A stretch of DNA of 61,344 nucleotides, filler included, from Sphacelaria rigidula (lineage: Eukaryota), in the NCBI GenBank assembly GCA_964200075.2. It is 6 parts of 6 records of this genome, joined end to end, with 100 filler letters (N's around TTAATTAATTAA, not from the genome) between each part and the next. Parts side by side here need not be neighbours in the genome. Positions count along the whole stretch, not along the records: positions 10,243 to 20,383 come from CAXNAA020007044.1; positions 20,484 to 30,624 come from CAXNAA020007045.1; 4 more parts are not named here. One strand, 5' to 3'. Below the pieces are notes generated by a model. The model had not been told where the DNA came from and ran no database searches. It worked only from the letters and a program-made list of their open reading frames with translations. The translations under genes were made by a program, and so were the position numbers. Of the stretch, positions 12,524 through 24,085 are shown piece by piece; within the stretch, counting starts at the first letter, position 1; every line of letters starts with the position of its first letter.

Positions 12524-12785
12524 AAGTGATGCTACGATAGGGGAGGGAGAAAAGGGAGGGGGGGAGGATCCTCGGAAAGCAGGGGCTCACAGGTGTGTCA
12601 GACTAACCAACTATTCGCGGTGCGTTCGTATTGAGTGAACGGTGTGAGGTGATATGAAACAGTGTGTTTTTGGTGATAAGCGCGTTCGAACTAACGTTGC
12701 TGCTTTCAACGACGATTTGACATGGAATCTCGTGGAAGAAATGACCCCAAATACCCCCCCCCGCGCCCCTACCGTAGCATCGCTC
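12524..12785. mobile_element. MITE of GAGTGATGC family, TSD GATA
   Basis: AAGTGATGCTACGATAGGG / CCCTACCGTAGCATCGCTC; GATA at 12520-12523 and 12786-12789. Confidence 0.8.
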
Positions 12786-13000
12786 GATATCAAGTATAAT
12801 TATTGTTCACTACTTGAGGGGTACGGTCTGTTGCATCTGAGTCATGCGTTTTTTCTTTATTTGAAATCGACGGCCGATTCAACAGATGATCCTGACGGCC
12901 AAATGGTCTCGGGCATGATCACTTGTTTGCGCAGTCACCTCAATATGACAGCGCGAAATGTGGGAACACTTGTCAGACGTATCCTGTATCTCTTTCAACA

Positions 13001-13577
13001 AGTGAGCTTTTCGTTCCGGACCCCATAATGCGGATGCCAACTGACACTGAAATTACACATCTTCATCTGGGACCCCATGATACTGCTGCCAACTGGCAGT
13101 GAGGCCATGTCCTGACCCTTTTGGGACCGGACTCCCAGAAACATGATGTTTGCATGCAGGGGTCTTGTTACTCGGTATAATCCTCGATCGTTTTCAAGTA
13201 AAAATAATGCCGATTCACAAAAAAAGGCCCTTGCGTGCAAACTCCATGTTTTCCCTCAAGGGTTGACGAGACAAAAACAAGGCGGGAAAAGGAACAAGCG
13301 TCCATAAGCAGGAACCACAAAGCCACCCAGCGATCGATCAACATGCTGCTTTTGGACGCTTCTTCTTCCCGCCTCGTATTTTTGGTATCGAGAAGGCACG
13401 ACATGCGCTAGCTCTTCATCTCTGACCCCATGATACTGATGTCAATTAACAGTTGAAATTATACATCTTCGCCCTGGACCCCAGATTACTGATGCCAACT
13501 GACAGTGTAAATCTGATGTATGACTCCTGCTCTTGGTTGGCAAAAATATCATGGGGGTCCGGGACGAAGAGCTTACT
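13001..13577. mobile_element. Non-autonomous TIR element with ~52-bp internal direct repeats
   Basis: TIR AGTGAGCTTTTCGTTCCGGACCCC / GGGGTCCGGGACGAAGAGCTTACT; four copies of GACCCCA..GATGCCAACTGACA unit. Confidence 0.65.
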
Positions 13578-14365
13578 AATATAATAGCCTATGCCTATAC
13601 AGCATAAATCAACGTATAACAACATCTTCCTGCATTTTCGGAGACACCCCAGGGGCGTTTTCGTCAGATTTTCTTCTTCTCAAGTTATCGATTTTCGCGG
13701 AGATTTTTTTTTTCTCCGACTTGTCAAGATAAGAAAAATGATCCGACACGAGATCGACGTTGAATCTCCGGCACAAGCTGCAGTCAGTTTTTAATTCATT
13801 TATTGCCTGACCCCAATAAATGAAATATCGAAAGGAAGTATATCCACCAACAGCGAATCAAATGAGAAAAATGCACAGCAAGTAGTCATCCCACATCCAC
13901 CACAGTCATTTGGAACTTTGACCCCGAACCCTCCCCAGATGGACTCAGATGGACTTTGCCATATTCCGAACAGCTACTGTTTTTCCGAAAGACAAAACGC
14001 TTTTTTTTCATGAACATGTGGATGTTGGCCATAAAGGTAGACAGTAGTCCCGGATAACACCTGATCGGTTACGAGCGGGGCCAGTCTAAAAGCGGATTTA
14101 GAGTTTGCAGGCCAATTCGCAATTAATTACTCAGAGTTGGACACTAAAAATTGGTATGGAATAGGGCATAAAAATAAAATTATGCATGGACCCAAAGATT
14201 TTTTTGGTGATTTACTGGCATTTTACTAAAACCTGAAAACTGATTGTTGATTATTGCCTTCAACTCATGAAGAAATATATATTTCAGTCCATGCATATAA
14301 TTCTTCTTTATACCCCGTTAGTTGTCCATACCAAACTTCAGGGTCTAACTCCAAGTAGTAAATTG

Positions 14366-14709
14366 CATACTCGGTACAATGGATTGTTTTGTAAAAAAAT
14401 GTACTGCGTACACTATGGAATCTATTGTCCGTTGCAGTAGGCGCAATAGTCGATATTGAACGCAGTACACTTCTTGAACGTGTATATTAGTAGAGAGTTT
14501 CGGAAAACCCTTTTTTTCTGTGATTTCAGAGTGAAAGTATCTCAGGATCAGAGTGTGACGAAAAATCATTTTCCTCTCCGTCAGAGGTGGTGTCCCCTTA
14601 ACGTTTTTTCGATGGGGTGTTCTTTTATTCTGCACTGTGATCCTGAGATATTTGCACTCTGAAATGACAAGAAAGTTTTTCCGAACTCTCTTATGTTGTC
14701 CAGGGTATG
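14366..14709. mobile_element. hAT-like MITE, 8-bp TSD GT(A/G)AATTG
   Basis: TIR CATACTCGGTACAA / TTGTCCAGGGTATG; TSD 14358-14365 and 14710-14717; related to 52504-53410 and 54880-55940. Confidence 0.75.
14493..14690. mobile_element. MITE with ~60-bp TIRs (GAGAG...CTCTC) nested in hAT-like MITE
   Basis: TTTCAGAGTG.AA.TATCTCAGGATCA mirrored; TSD unclear. Confidence 0.75.
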
Positions 14710-14916
14710 GTGAATTGCGAAATTGGCCTTTTAAAAATCAATTCATTGAAATTCGGAACAGTATTTTGCAGGTCGCTTACCGGCCCAGGTTTCGTACTTG
14801 TATTTTGAATCTTCGCGTGAGACCTCGCTAGGCCATAAACACCCAACAAAAATGGGTCATGTTGGTATTTTTTCGCTGTTTTTCACTGGTTGAGGGCGCT
14901 TTACTGTGATAAGGCC

Positions 14917-15374
14917 GGATGTTATGGCAAACAGATTTTTGGCCCACGGATTGTTCACCTTTGGGACGTTTGACCCCCTATTTGACCCTCAAACAGGGAA
15001 AATCGTCAACACACGTCATCGACACTTTGCATCACCCCGCAAAGAGGAGCCTAGTCTGCTTTTCAGATTCGCTTGGCTCCGAGGTTTCGAGATTGGCGAC
15101 CGAACAAAAATGTGCTTGCCGACCCCCGCCGGTTTGCCCAATAATCTGTGGAGATCGCCGCAGATTCTGCTTCACACGGATTTTTGGTCAGCGGCCGCTC
15201 TCGAAACCTTGGAGCCAAGGGAATCTGAAAAGCAGACTAGGCTCCTCTCTGTGAAGTGATGCAAAGTGTCCGAGACGTGTGTTGGCCGTTTTCTTGGTTT
15301 GGGAGTCAAAAGGTAAGTCAAACGCCCCGAAAGTGGACAATCCGTGGGCCAAAAATCTGTTTGCCATAACAACC
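14917..15374. mobile_element. Fold-back MITE with ~190-bp TIRs, GG(A/T)TGTTATGGCAAACAG
   Basis: Long inverted arms; absent from the paralogous host copy at ~20129. Confidence 0.85.
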
Positions 15375-16739
15375 ATTTCTTCACGACAACACCCCAACCT
15401 TTCCCCCCCCCTCCCCCCCAAAAATGAAGGCTTATTCTTTTCTTCATTCAGCATACCTCTGTGGTTCTCCATGCTAAGTTTTAGATCACAGCTCTAAAAA
15501 TTGAGCTAAGAAATCGAGATAAGGCCCGAGAGCAATGCCCACTTCTCCTCGAAACTCCCTCAGCCCTTAGACGGCGAGGGGAGGTCATATGTTGAACAGG
15601 CATCGATTTCACGTGAGAATAGTATGCATCGCCCAGATGGACTACTATGGCGGTCTGAGGACTAAAAACACGAAAAAACTAAAAAAAAAAGAAGCAGTGT
15701 TTTGTTGTTTGATTATGCGCTAGAGGTTCTCCGTACGGCATTTTATAGCACAACTCTCGAACACAGACTGAGACGCGATATCCAGATATAGTTTATCTAG
15801 TGCCCCTGCTCGTATTATATTGATTCTAGTATGTGACCTTATGTGCGCCATATCTCGAAATAGATAGCGACTTAAGTGAGGGTGAGGATATCTATCGGTC
15901 CCCGTGCTCCAGGGAATGTCCACACCAGAAATCCTCATCTGCTAAATGTATCGTTCGGGGTTACATATAGATGTTAGTATGGACGCTATCTCCGTACGGT
16001 ATAGGAATGACTACACAATGAGGTTAATCAGCGATAAAATATTGGCCCAGATTTTTGAGCAGATGGGCACCTTCCCCTTGATTAGACGAGTAATACGATG
16101 TGCGGATTACGGCCCAACTCGTCTGTGTCGATGAGATACGGCTGTGAGAGCTTAAATCCGTGTTTAGCCTGACCCAGCTCGTATGAGCTTGCAGTTATTG
16201 ATAAGTGCAGAGTCACCTGTGCGTCATTTGCAGTGCAGTTCTCAGTTCTCGTGGGATACATGCGTTCAACTTTTGCAAGTGGCGCACGCTGGCAACCGCC
16301 GCTGCTGCGATGTATGCAAACAGTACACATCCTCTCCCCTCATCCATGCTTTTGTAGCAGTCCTGGTACCTTCGGGGCAGGGCTGGCACACCTTGAGCGT
16401 GTGTTGATTTTACACGCATGTCGCATCGTCCGAACTGCATTTTTTTGTTCATGTCTGTGCCTTGTCCCTGCTGCTGCTAGTCTACCGTACATACACCATG
16501 CGGACTCTTCTCCTCATGGATGACTTGAGACATCGGTAAGAAACAGTCGCATCGTCTCGACCGTACGTCCTTCTCTGTTACCTCTACACTACTGCTGGTG
16601 CTGCAGCTGGTGCTGCTAATCTACCGCACATGAAAAAATGTTTTGTCATCAGTGACTGGATACAGCGGTAAGAAATGAGCAGCATGCCATCGCTCTCTAC
16701 TGAACAATCTACTGCACGCTGCAGTGTCTCTGCTTAGTA

Positions 16740-16964
16740 GAGGTATCTCAAAGTCGGTTCCGGGTTCCCTGGTTTTTCTGCTGGCTCTGGGTTGTGTACC
16801 ATTTTTTTCAAGTGAAAGTGATGGCAAATCATCAGAAGATGACACCCTTTGGCCGCCAGGTCAGGTCCTCCTATGAATCGTCATCACTTTCACTTGAAAA
16901 AATGGTACAAAACCCAGAGTCAGCGGATGAACCAGGGAACCGGACACCGAGTTTGAGATTATTC
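16740..16964. mobile_element. Fold-back MITE with ~80-bp TIRs, flanked by TAGTA
   Basis: TGTACCATTTTTTCAAGTGAAAGTGATG mirrored exactly; TAGTA at 16735-16739 and 16965-16969. Confidence 0.8.
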
Positions 16965-17840
16965 TAGTATTCGACAACAAACACTACAGTGTGTAGTTAT
17001 CCTGGTGACACAAGAGGGGTCAGGCAGGCGGACAAGACTACGAGTAAAGTAAAAAGCACATTCTTTGCCCATGTTTACTATAGTTGAATGGTCATGACGA
17101 AAACAATCAAATACAGCTTCGCTGCGAGGTGGTCCATCTGTATGGGAACAAAGTGACCATTTTGACCGCTCACAACTATCCAAAGGGTCCCTCCCCTCCT
17201 CTCGGGTCACGTTCCCGGCTTGGAATTTTCCGCGGGAAACTTCCAAACACACTCGGTTGGATTCGTGAGCCTTTCCAGCTGGTTGCGAACAGGGACCCGA
17301 TCCCGTGGCAGAAACCACCCCCCACCACCTCAAACGGTCGTATGACTACGGCATACAAGATCACGAGTACACCCCACCCACCCCCCTGAAAACTCCGGAT
17401 GTTCCTTCACTGTCAGCCGGCGAAAGTGTTCCGAGGCAACGGTCGCAGTCAAAGGGATAAGTCATCCATTTGAAAATTATTGAACGATATTTTTCAGCCA
17501 CCACGAGACGGGTGCAGCAAATGGGCCTTTTCATTCGGCTCGTCACAGCACAAAGCCCGACTCATGTGCCTAACCGGCATAAAAGCCCTTTTATGCCATT
17601 GAATTTTATATAAAACTCCGCTACTAAGAGATTCCCAGATAATTGCGGTGAGTCACCAGTTACTATGACCGCACTATGCTGGGACCCCGAACTGTACCTG
17701 TATAGTGCAATTACTTCTTCAGTATGCCGGATCAGACTCGTGACAAGTGACTTGACCGCACTGTGGCAGGACCTTCAATGTGGCCAAAAATAGCCAAAAT
17801 GTCATCAAACAAGGCTGGTCTTCACTGAGGCGTGAGGACG

Positions 17841-18240
17841 GGGTATACCCATGACCTTGCACGCCGAAGTCATGAATGGGACGATTGACCTCGCAACCTT
17901 ACAAAGCCGGGACGGGGCACGCCAGGTTTTCGCCAGACCAGGCTCGCAGTCACCAAGCGCGGAGCGCCGTGATGTGTGTGAGTGGCATGAAAGGTGAACT
18001 GCATCCTCCTAAGGCTGTCCGACCCGAAGCGTACCAATTATCTTGCGCGCTCGAATGAGTTGCTTCACTTCATCGTATCGCCACTTCCAGAGACGGCCGT
18101 GGCTTACACTTCCCTCATGGTTGTCCGACCATGTGAGTACTAGTTGTACGACCATCCCCTTTGCGCAGAGTCGAGGTTCTCGCACCCCGCACAACATAAT
18201 CTAACTCGACCACCATGATTACCGTGACAAAAACAAAAAG
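17841..18240 (+). mobile_element. SINE-like element, long form (copy D)
   Basis: Aligns with copy A; tail ACAAAAACAAAAAG; degenerate TSD TGAGGCGTGAGGA / TGAGGCCTAAGGG. Confidence 0.8.
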
Positions 18241-18327
18241 TGAGGCCTAAGGGAGTGGGGGTAATGTAACATGTCCCCGGTACAGGACTACGGGAGACAA
18301 ACAACATACTCGACAATACGCACGTAC

Positions 18328-18486
18328 CTGCTCCTGGCAGGGGAGGGGGGCGAGGCATCCCCGGTAACGGCGGTGGCATGGGCACGGCCGCGGCGGGCAT
18401 CCCGGGCAGTGCAGGAGGTGCTGGAATTCCTGCCCCTGGCGCTCCGGGAAGGGGTGGTGGCATCGGGACTCCCGCCGACGGCATGC
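18328..18486 (-). CDS. Poly-proline exon, formin FH1-like ([23 protein letters not shown]...PPPLPG)
   Basis: AAG acceptor, GTACGT donor, phase 1-1, in frame with exon 19077-19252; repeated PPPLPG motifs; no FH2 exon found in contig. Confidence 0.65.
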
Positions 18487-19076
18487 CTTTTTGTTGTTTT
18501 TCAAATACGAAAGAAGGAACGACAGGGAAGGGACAAGATGAGGTCTATGTCGTTGCAGGTGAAGGCTACGAAGTATTATATCCATGTGTATCAGGTTACT
18601 GATGCAGCTGCAGCAGCTACCTGGAAGCGAAGGTACATTCACACACTTTGGGCGCCAGACCGAGTCAGATTGACCTAGGGTGAACCACTGGACGTACATG
18701 AAAAATCAACTGCTTCGGTGAAACAACGCACATGAGTCTGGAACTGGAGACTCCGGAATACACGCCACGTTGTCATCGAGGGTACTGAGTGCCAGAAAGG
18801 GGAAATTCATCAAGTGTAGCGTTGGCATACCCCGCCGGCGTCCGCCGGCGGGTCCAGGTGCTCTTATTTCGAAACGAGGTCCGGCACCCGAGGGACTAAT
18901 CCGCGATCCGAGGGGCAGAAAAGCATTGAACTTGTTTTTCCCGCCTCATTGAGGGGGGCGCGAAGGGAGTTGAGCAATACGGGCACCACCCGTTGCAGGG
19001 ACTACAAAACACGGCGGACTCTATAACTATCGAATCGACCCGAGCGGTCAACGCCCTTCACAAACTCGAAGCTCAC

Positions 19077-19252
19077 CAGGCAGCGGAGGCGGGGCTGGAA
19101 CCGCAGCAGGCGCGGCCCCCGGAGTTCCGCCACCTGGACCGGGTCCTAGGCCGGGTCCAAGTCCCGGCCCTAGACCCGGCCCGAATCCAGGGCCTAGCCC
19201 CCCTCCTGGTGGTCCAGCGGGGTAGGCTCCACCCCCGGGTACGACGCCTCCG
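19077..19252 (-). CDS. Gly/Pro-rich exon with (GPGL)n repeats, same gene as 18328-18486
   Basis: TAG acceptor, GTGAG donor; GGGLGPGFGPGLGPGLGPGLGPGPGG...PAPPPLPG. Confidence 0.65.
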
Positions 19253-19622
19253 CTACGCATTTGTTTGTTTTCATCTTCCTAGAGGATTCAAAGACGGAAG
19301 TCAAAAGTAGAGGAGGTATGTGCGAAATGAGGAAGAGAGCGTGAGCAGAAGATGGGAGGGGACGTGCGTAACAAACAGGACACACGTGAAATCGGGATGT
19401 CATCTACAAATGTGACGTGTGCGCCGAGGGGGCGAAAAGGGCGTACATAGCAAACGGACGCACACAGCGTGATAACAGGACCTACATGTATGATTTGGCG
19501 TGGGTGGCGGATGCATATGGGAAGAAGATACTTACCCACCTACCCAACACGCACAAAGAAGAAGAAGAAGAAGTAGAGGGGGTAGGGCACAGACCGTGAA
19601 GGGGTGAAAAGCGAGTGTTATA

Positions 19623-20383
19623 CGAGCTGGGCCAGCCTAGAGGCGGATTTGAAGTTTGCAGGCCCATCCATGCTTCCGCCAATATTTAGAGTTGGACCCT
19701 GAAATTTGGTATGGGCAATGCATAGGGTATGAAGAAAAAAAATTACATCGGCACCAAAAGTTTTTTTTTTATTCTTTCATGAGTTAAGGGCAATAATCAG
19801 TTTTCAGGTATCAGTAAAATGCCCCTGACTCATGAAAAAATAAAATAAACTTTTGCTGCCGCTGTAATTTTTCTTCTTCATGCCCTAGGCATTGTCCATA
19901 CCAAATTTCAGGGTACAACTCTAAATATTGGCGGGAGCATGGGCCGTTAAAGAGCCGGGTCGGCAGAAATCCGGAACAGTATTTCGCAGGCCACTCACCG
20001 GCCCATGTTTGGTTTTTGTGTATTGAAATTTCGTGTGGGCGCTCTCCGAGACATAATCAACAAAGCAAAGTCAGATTGCTTTTTTTCATTTTCTTCACTG
20101 GTTTAGGGCGTTCTACTATGGTAACGACCATTTCTTCACGAGAACGCCCTAACCTCTATGCAAGAAAAAAACGGAAGGCCCATTTTTTTTTATTCGGCAC
20201 CCTTTTGTGGTTCTCCACGCCAAAATTCGTCGCCATCCGCTAGATGCATCGATCGGGAGTTTCATAGACATTTTAGTATTGGCGCTATCTCCCTTAGGTA
20301 TAGGAATTACCAAACATGGGGTTTAATCAACGAGAAAATATGGGCCCAAGCTTTTGAGCAGATGGGCACCTTCCCCTTGATTG
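19623..20383. mobile_element. Second copy of the Tc1/mariner-like element, cut by contig edge
   Basis: TA|CGAGCTGGGCCAG; collinear with 14072-16083 without the nested insertions; internal palindrome 19661-19945. Confidence 0.8.
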
Positions 20384-20622
20384 NNNNNNNNNNNNNNNNN
20401 NNNNNNNNNNNNNNNNNNNNNNNNNNNTTAATTAATTAANNNNNNNNNNNNNNNNNNNNNNNNNNNNNNNNNNNNNNNNNNNNCACGGTATTTTGAAATT
20501 CCAATACCTACCCTACCCGCCCAATCCGGTATTAAATATATACCGGGGGTACGCTCGGTACGGTACCTTACCTACGGTGCCTGTGGAAGACTTGCCGTAT
20601 TCTACAACAGGCTCGTACTAAC

Positions 20623-20694
20623 GCTGCTGCGCCTCTCGTGAACAGGGAGGCCTTTTCGGAACGAGGTAGTTATCGGAAAGGTTGGAGGCGGTGG
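20623..20694 (-). CDS. Exon 3 of plastid-targeted protein (PPPPTFPITTSFRKGLPVHERRSS)
   Basis: CCCCTCCTTCAG acceptor, GTTAGT donor, 72 nt open phase 0. Confidence 0.5.
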
Positions 20695-21142
20695 CTGAAG
20701 GAGGGGATTTTAGCAGCCTCAGGTGTCGCGCGTAGATGCGGCGCAACTCCACTTCAGTAGTTGTAGTGCAGTAGAATACGGTGAGACTTGAGTATATCAT
20801 TACAGTAGAGAAAACAAGTTTCACGACAACAGGCAACAACAGACAACAATGCTGCTGATGGTGCTTGCCTGACATGCTGACCTCATTCTCAATCTCATAC
20901 ATGAGACACAACAAGGCTGAATCGAAGTACAACATAACACATGCTTTTGGTAATCAATATATCGCCGAACATGCACACTCCTGCATTCTTCTAGCTCGAG
21001 GATAAACCACAGGGAACGCGCCAGGTTGTAGACAAAGCTCTAACGTATAGCCCCTAGCGAACCTTAGCTTGCCATCACCGGCCTAATGCCCTGTCGAGGC
21101 TCGTATCGAATCCATCCTGCGACATGTTTAAAAACGGCTCAC

Positions 21143-21166
21143 TGACGCGCGTCTGCCTCCTTGTTC
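21143..21166 (-). CDS. 24-nt micro-exon 2 of plastid-targeted protein (EQGGRRAS)
   Basis: GCGCAG acceptor, GTGAGC donor, phase 0-0. Confidence 0.5.
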
Positions 21167-21252
21167 CTGCGCAAATGTTGATGAGTAGTAAGTGCAGCCC
21201 CCCATCCCGAATATTTGCGTCTATTTACGTTGAAAAGCGATGGAACACACAC

Positions 21253-21387
21253 CTTGGATGATGATGTCAGGTGCTTCTGAGCTGACAAGGAGATGGTGCC
21301 CGGTGTGACGAAAGATAGCGCCGCAGGGGCCATCGCCGAGCAGACGATCAATCCAAGCACCACGCTCACGTACTTCGAGGGGCACAT
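21253..21387 (-). CDS. First exon: signal peptide plus plastid transit peptide (bipartite presequence)
   Basis: MCPSKYVSVVLGLIVCSAMAPAALS-FVTPG..: hydrophobic core, ASAFAP-like cleavage with +1 Phe, Ser/Thr-rich follow-on; AAG|GTGTGT donor. Confidence 0.7.
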
Positions 21388-21784
21388 GTTTCGATGTGTA
21401 GTGAAAAAGTTCTTGTTTCGAGCGCAAGCTAACTTTCGAATTGATCTTGTAGGGTTGTTTGTCCTCAGGCGAAAAATGTACTCCTTTCCTTTCCTCTCTT
21501 CCTGTTTTCCTGACGAGTTCACCGCAGCATGTGCGTGGTGTAGTGGACTTCTTGTGCGAGCTAGCTGGAGCGTAGAGATCAGCTGTTGTGGGTTGGTGTT
21601 TGGATGACTATTATGAAACAGTGGTATGGAGCAGGCTCCGTGGAGGCTTTTGAGAACAGTTTTGGTTTCTGTGCCCTCTGTAACGAAGGTCCTTTGTACA
21701 GTTTGGAAAGCGTACGCCGCCGCTGCTGAACTTGTGACCGGACCCTTCACTATACGCGCGAGGTATGGATTGCAATAGGCAGCG

Positions 21785-23734
21785 ATGTCCTCGAGTGGCA
21801 AGCAAAAACGAAGCCGAATTCAATTGCGTCATGCCTTGTACACCAAGCTGGAAGCTGCAGTTCGAGAGGAAATATCCTGCGAATCCAACAACAGCAAGGT
21901 TAACCACAGCTGCACGCGATGGAGCACCAGCACTCACAGCAGCAACAGCAACAACAGCAGCAGCAACAACAGCAGTAGTAACAACACTGATAACAACAAA
22001 AACGACAACAACTACAACAACAAAGACTCATATGATGAAACTTGCGAGGACGCAGTAACGACTGCAACAAACCGTGTAGATTACCCGTTTCCATTGCTAT
22101 GGTTCGAGGAAATGACCCCGAGCGACCTTGATTCCTACCATGCCAACAACTGTCAGCGCAACAACATGGATCAACAGCAAGCACGAAAAAAAAATCCCGA
22201 TACGAATTCGGTGTCACAGGCGGCCCGTACCCGCCCTTTTCACGACGGGGCAGCGAAGACGAACGCAAGAGCCTCACCATATGCATCCGCAACGTTCTCG
22301 GCCGCCGCCCGGCCACCCTTTGGGGGTGGTGTCGACGTTGAGACGGCAGGTATCGGTGGTACAAGAAGCAACAGCGAACATATGAGTATACCGGCGTCAA
22401 CCGCCACCGCAGCGGCACCGGCGCCCGGAGATAGTATAGCGCGCGAGGGCTTCACCGGCGGCGCCCTGCAGAAAAAAAGCGGCAGCGTAGAGTGCCTCCC
22501 GGTGACCGAAAGAACCACTGTAGATACTGTGCGGGCGACAGCAAATCCCTCTGCACCTCCGGCAGTATCATACTCCGTGGTGTCGTTGCAGGAGGCGACG
22601 GAATACGCGCCCAATAAGTCGACACTCGACGACTGTGGCATAGCGGAGAAACCAGCACAGTCGCTGCAGGCCTCCAGCCGTACTTCTTCTGCCGCCGACG
22701 TCACTTGTACCGTCGATGGGAAAAATCTGGAAACATCTGCGGTAATCGCCGCTGGTGCGCAAGGCAGCCGCCCGCCTCATCATCATTATGGGGGGTTGAT
22801 GTCCCAAGCGACGACACAAGGGACGCAGAGGAGCGTCCTGGCATTCTTACCTGGCTTGCCTTCTCAGGTTATGATGACCCAACAGGGCAATAACGAACCT
22901 GATAGTGTCGGATGCTGGGAAGATCATGAGGACGAGATGGAGGAAGAGAGAGACGCGCTTGTGTCCGAGTGCATCGCTGGGTCGCCGCCCTTGCCTGAAC
23001 CCTCCACCGTAGATCCGTTGTTTCGTGGCGACGATGCCGAAAAAGATCGAGCAATAAAAAACGACTGTTTTGGTAATGTTGGTGAAGGGGCAGGCAGGGC
23101 AGTGACGTTCGAACCACCGGAGCTGAGTGGTGATGGTGACCTTGCTTACCGGCAAAGTGGTGGAACTTGTAGAGCAACCACTGAGCGGGGGAATAAACGG
23201 TCCTCGACAAACGGTCAACGCGCGCGTGCCGCCGAATTCGAAGCCTTCACGCAGGCGCTGGAGCAAACCTCCGGCGACGGTAGCGCTTCGCACAATATTT
23301 TTGACACTGGCGATCAGGCACGACGGCAACGATCGTCAACCGCAATCTTACATCACAGCCGCCGAAGTCATGGAGCAACAACCCACCTGGGTCTGGTCAT
23401 GGTGCCCACGGACGAAGCCCTGCCGAGGGGCGTCGAAGGCGGACAGGCAGGCGCCATCGATTTACTTGAGAAACACCTTCGCCGCGTGCGGGAACGGGGG
23501 GTGTCGGAGGGGTACACAGCACGGGCAATCGAGCTTGCGCTTCACGTATTGAGTCAACCCGAAGTCTGCACGAGGTCAATGCTACAGGGGGCACGGACAG
23601 GGTGTATCGGCGCGGTGGCTCGGGGCAGCCCACAGCAGGGAGAGTATTTCCCTACCCGAGCTGTTGAGCACCATGTGGAGGTGGTAGGTGTAGCGGGGCT
23701 TGTTTGGGAGATATTGAGGTCCGGGCATGGATAA
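21785..23734 (+). CDS. 649-aa ORF, unknown protein (Asn/Ser-rich, mostly disordered, helical C-terminal part)
   Basis: Long GC-rich ORF with (AAC/AGC)n tract; no recognisable domain; may be a first exon. Confidence 0.7.
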   Translation: MSSSGKQKRSRIQLRHALYTKLEAAVREEISCESNNSKVNHSCTRWSTSTHSSNSNNSSSNNSSSNNTDNNKNDNNYNNKDSYDETCEDAVTTATNRVDYPFPLLWFEEMTPSDLDSYHANNCQRNNMDQQQARKKNPDTNSVSQAARTRPFHDGAAKTNARASPYASATFSAAARPPFGGGVDVETAGIGGTRSNSEHMSIPASTATAAAPAPGDSIAREGFTGGALQKKSGSVECLPVTERTTVDTVRATANPSAPPAVSYSVVSLQEATEYAPNKSTLDDCGIAEKPAQSLQASSRTSSAADVTCTVDGKNLETSAVIAAGAQGSRPPHHHYGGLMSQATTQGTQRSVLAFLPGLPSQVMMTQQGNNEPDSVGCWEDHEDEMEEERDALVSECIAGSPPLPEPSTVDPLFRGDDAEKDRAIKNDCFGNVGEGAGRAVTFEPPELSGDGDLAYRQSGGTCRATTERGNKRSSTNGQRARAAEFEAFTQALEQTSGDGSASHNIFDTGDQARRQRSSTAILHHSRRSHGATTHLGLVMVPTDEALPRGVEGGQAGAIDLLEKHLRRVRERGVSEGYTARAIELALHVLSQPEVCTRSMLQGARTGCIGAVARGSPQQGEYFPTRAVEHHVEVVGVAGLVWEILRSGHG

Positions 23735-24085
23735 CGAAAGGTACGTTTTCGCTTCAAATACTGGTATTTTTTATGGCACGGGGGCTAGTATAGCCACCAC
23801 GTTCGTCTCTCGAGGATTTTGTTTTTTCGTCGAGAGTCAGGGTGGAGAGTTGATGAAAAGGGTAGTGTATGTATGAAAACACTCGAGGCATCTGAAATGC
23901 TGATAAAACACGAAACAACGGAGAAAACGCCGGCGTTTGTTTCAGAGAGAATGGGTAGCATAGCTGGTTCTTCACATGAATGCTGGTACAGCGCGAATAA
24001 CGAGATGATGAACACCGAAACTTGGCAGAAAAACTACAATATGTGTATTGCCGTTGCATGCAAACAAACGTCACCGACTGTACCG

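Larger units (their letters stand above)
14072..16181. mobile_element. Tc1/mariner-like non-autonomous element (TA TSD) carrying nested insertions
   Basis: TA|CGAGCGGGGCCAG..CGGATTT ... AAATCCG..CTGACCCAGCTCG|TA; collinear with 19623-20383. Confidence 0.8.

Noticed and set aside
18328-21387. One gene joining the signal-peptide exons to the Pro/Gly-rich exons
   Set aside because: Separated by an artificial spacer and exon phases do not match (0 vs 2)
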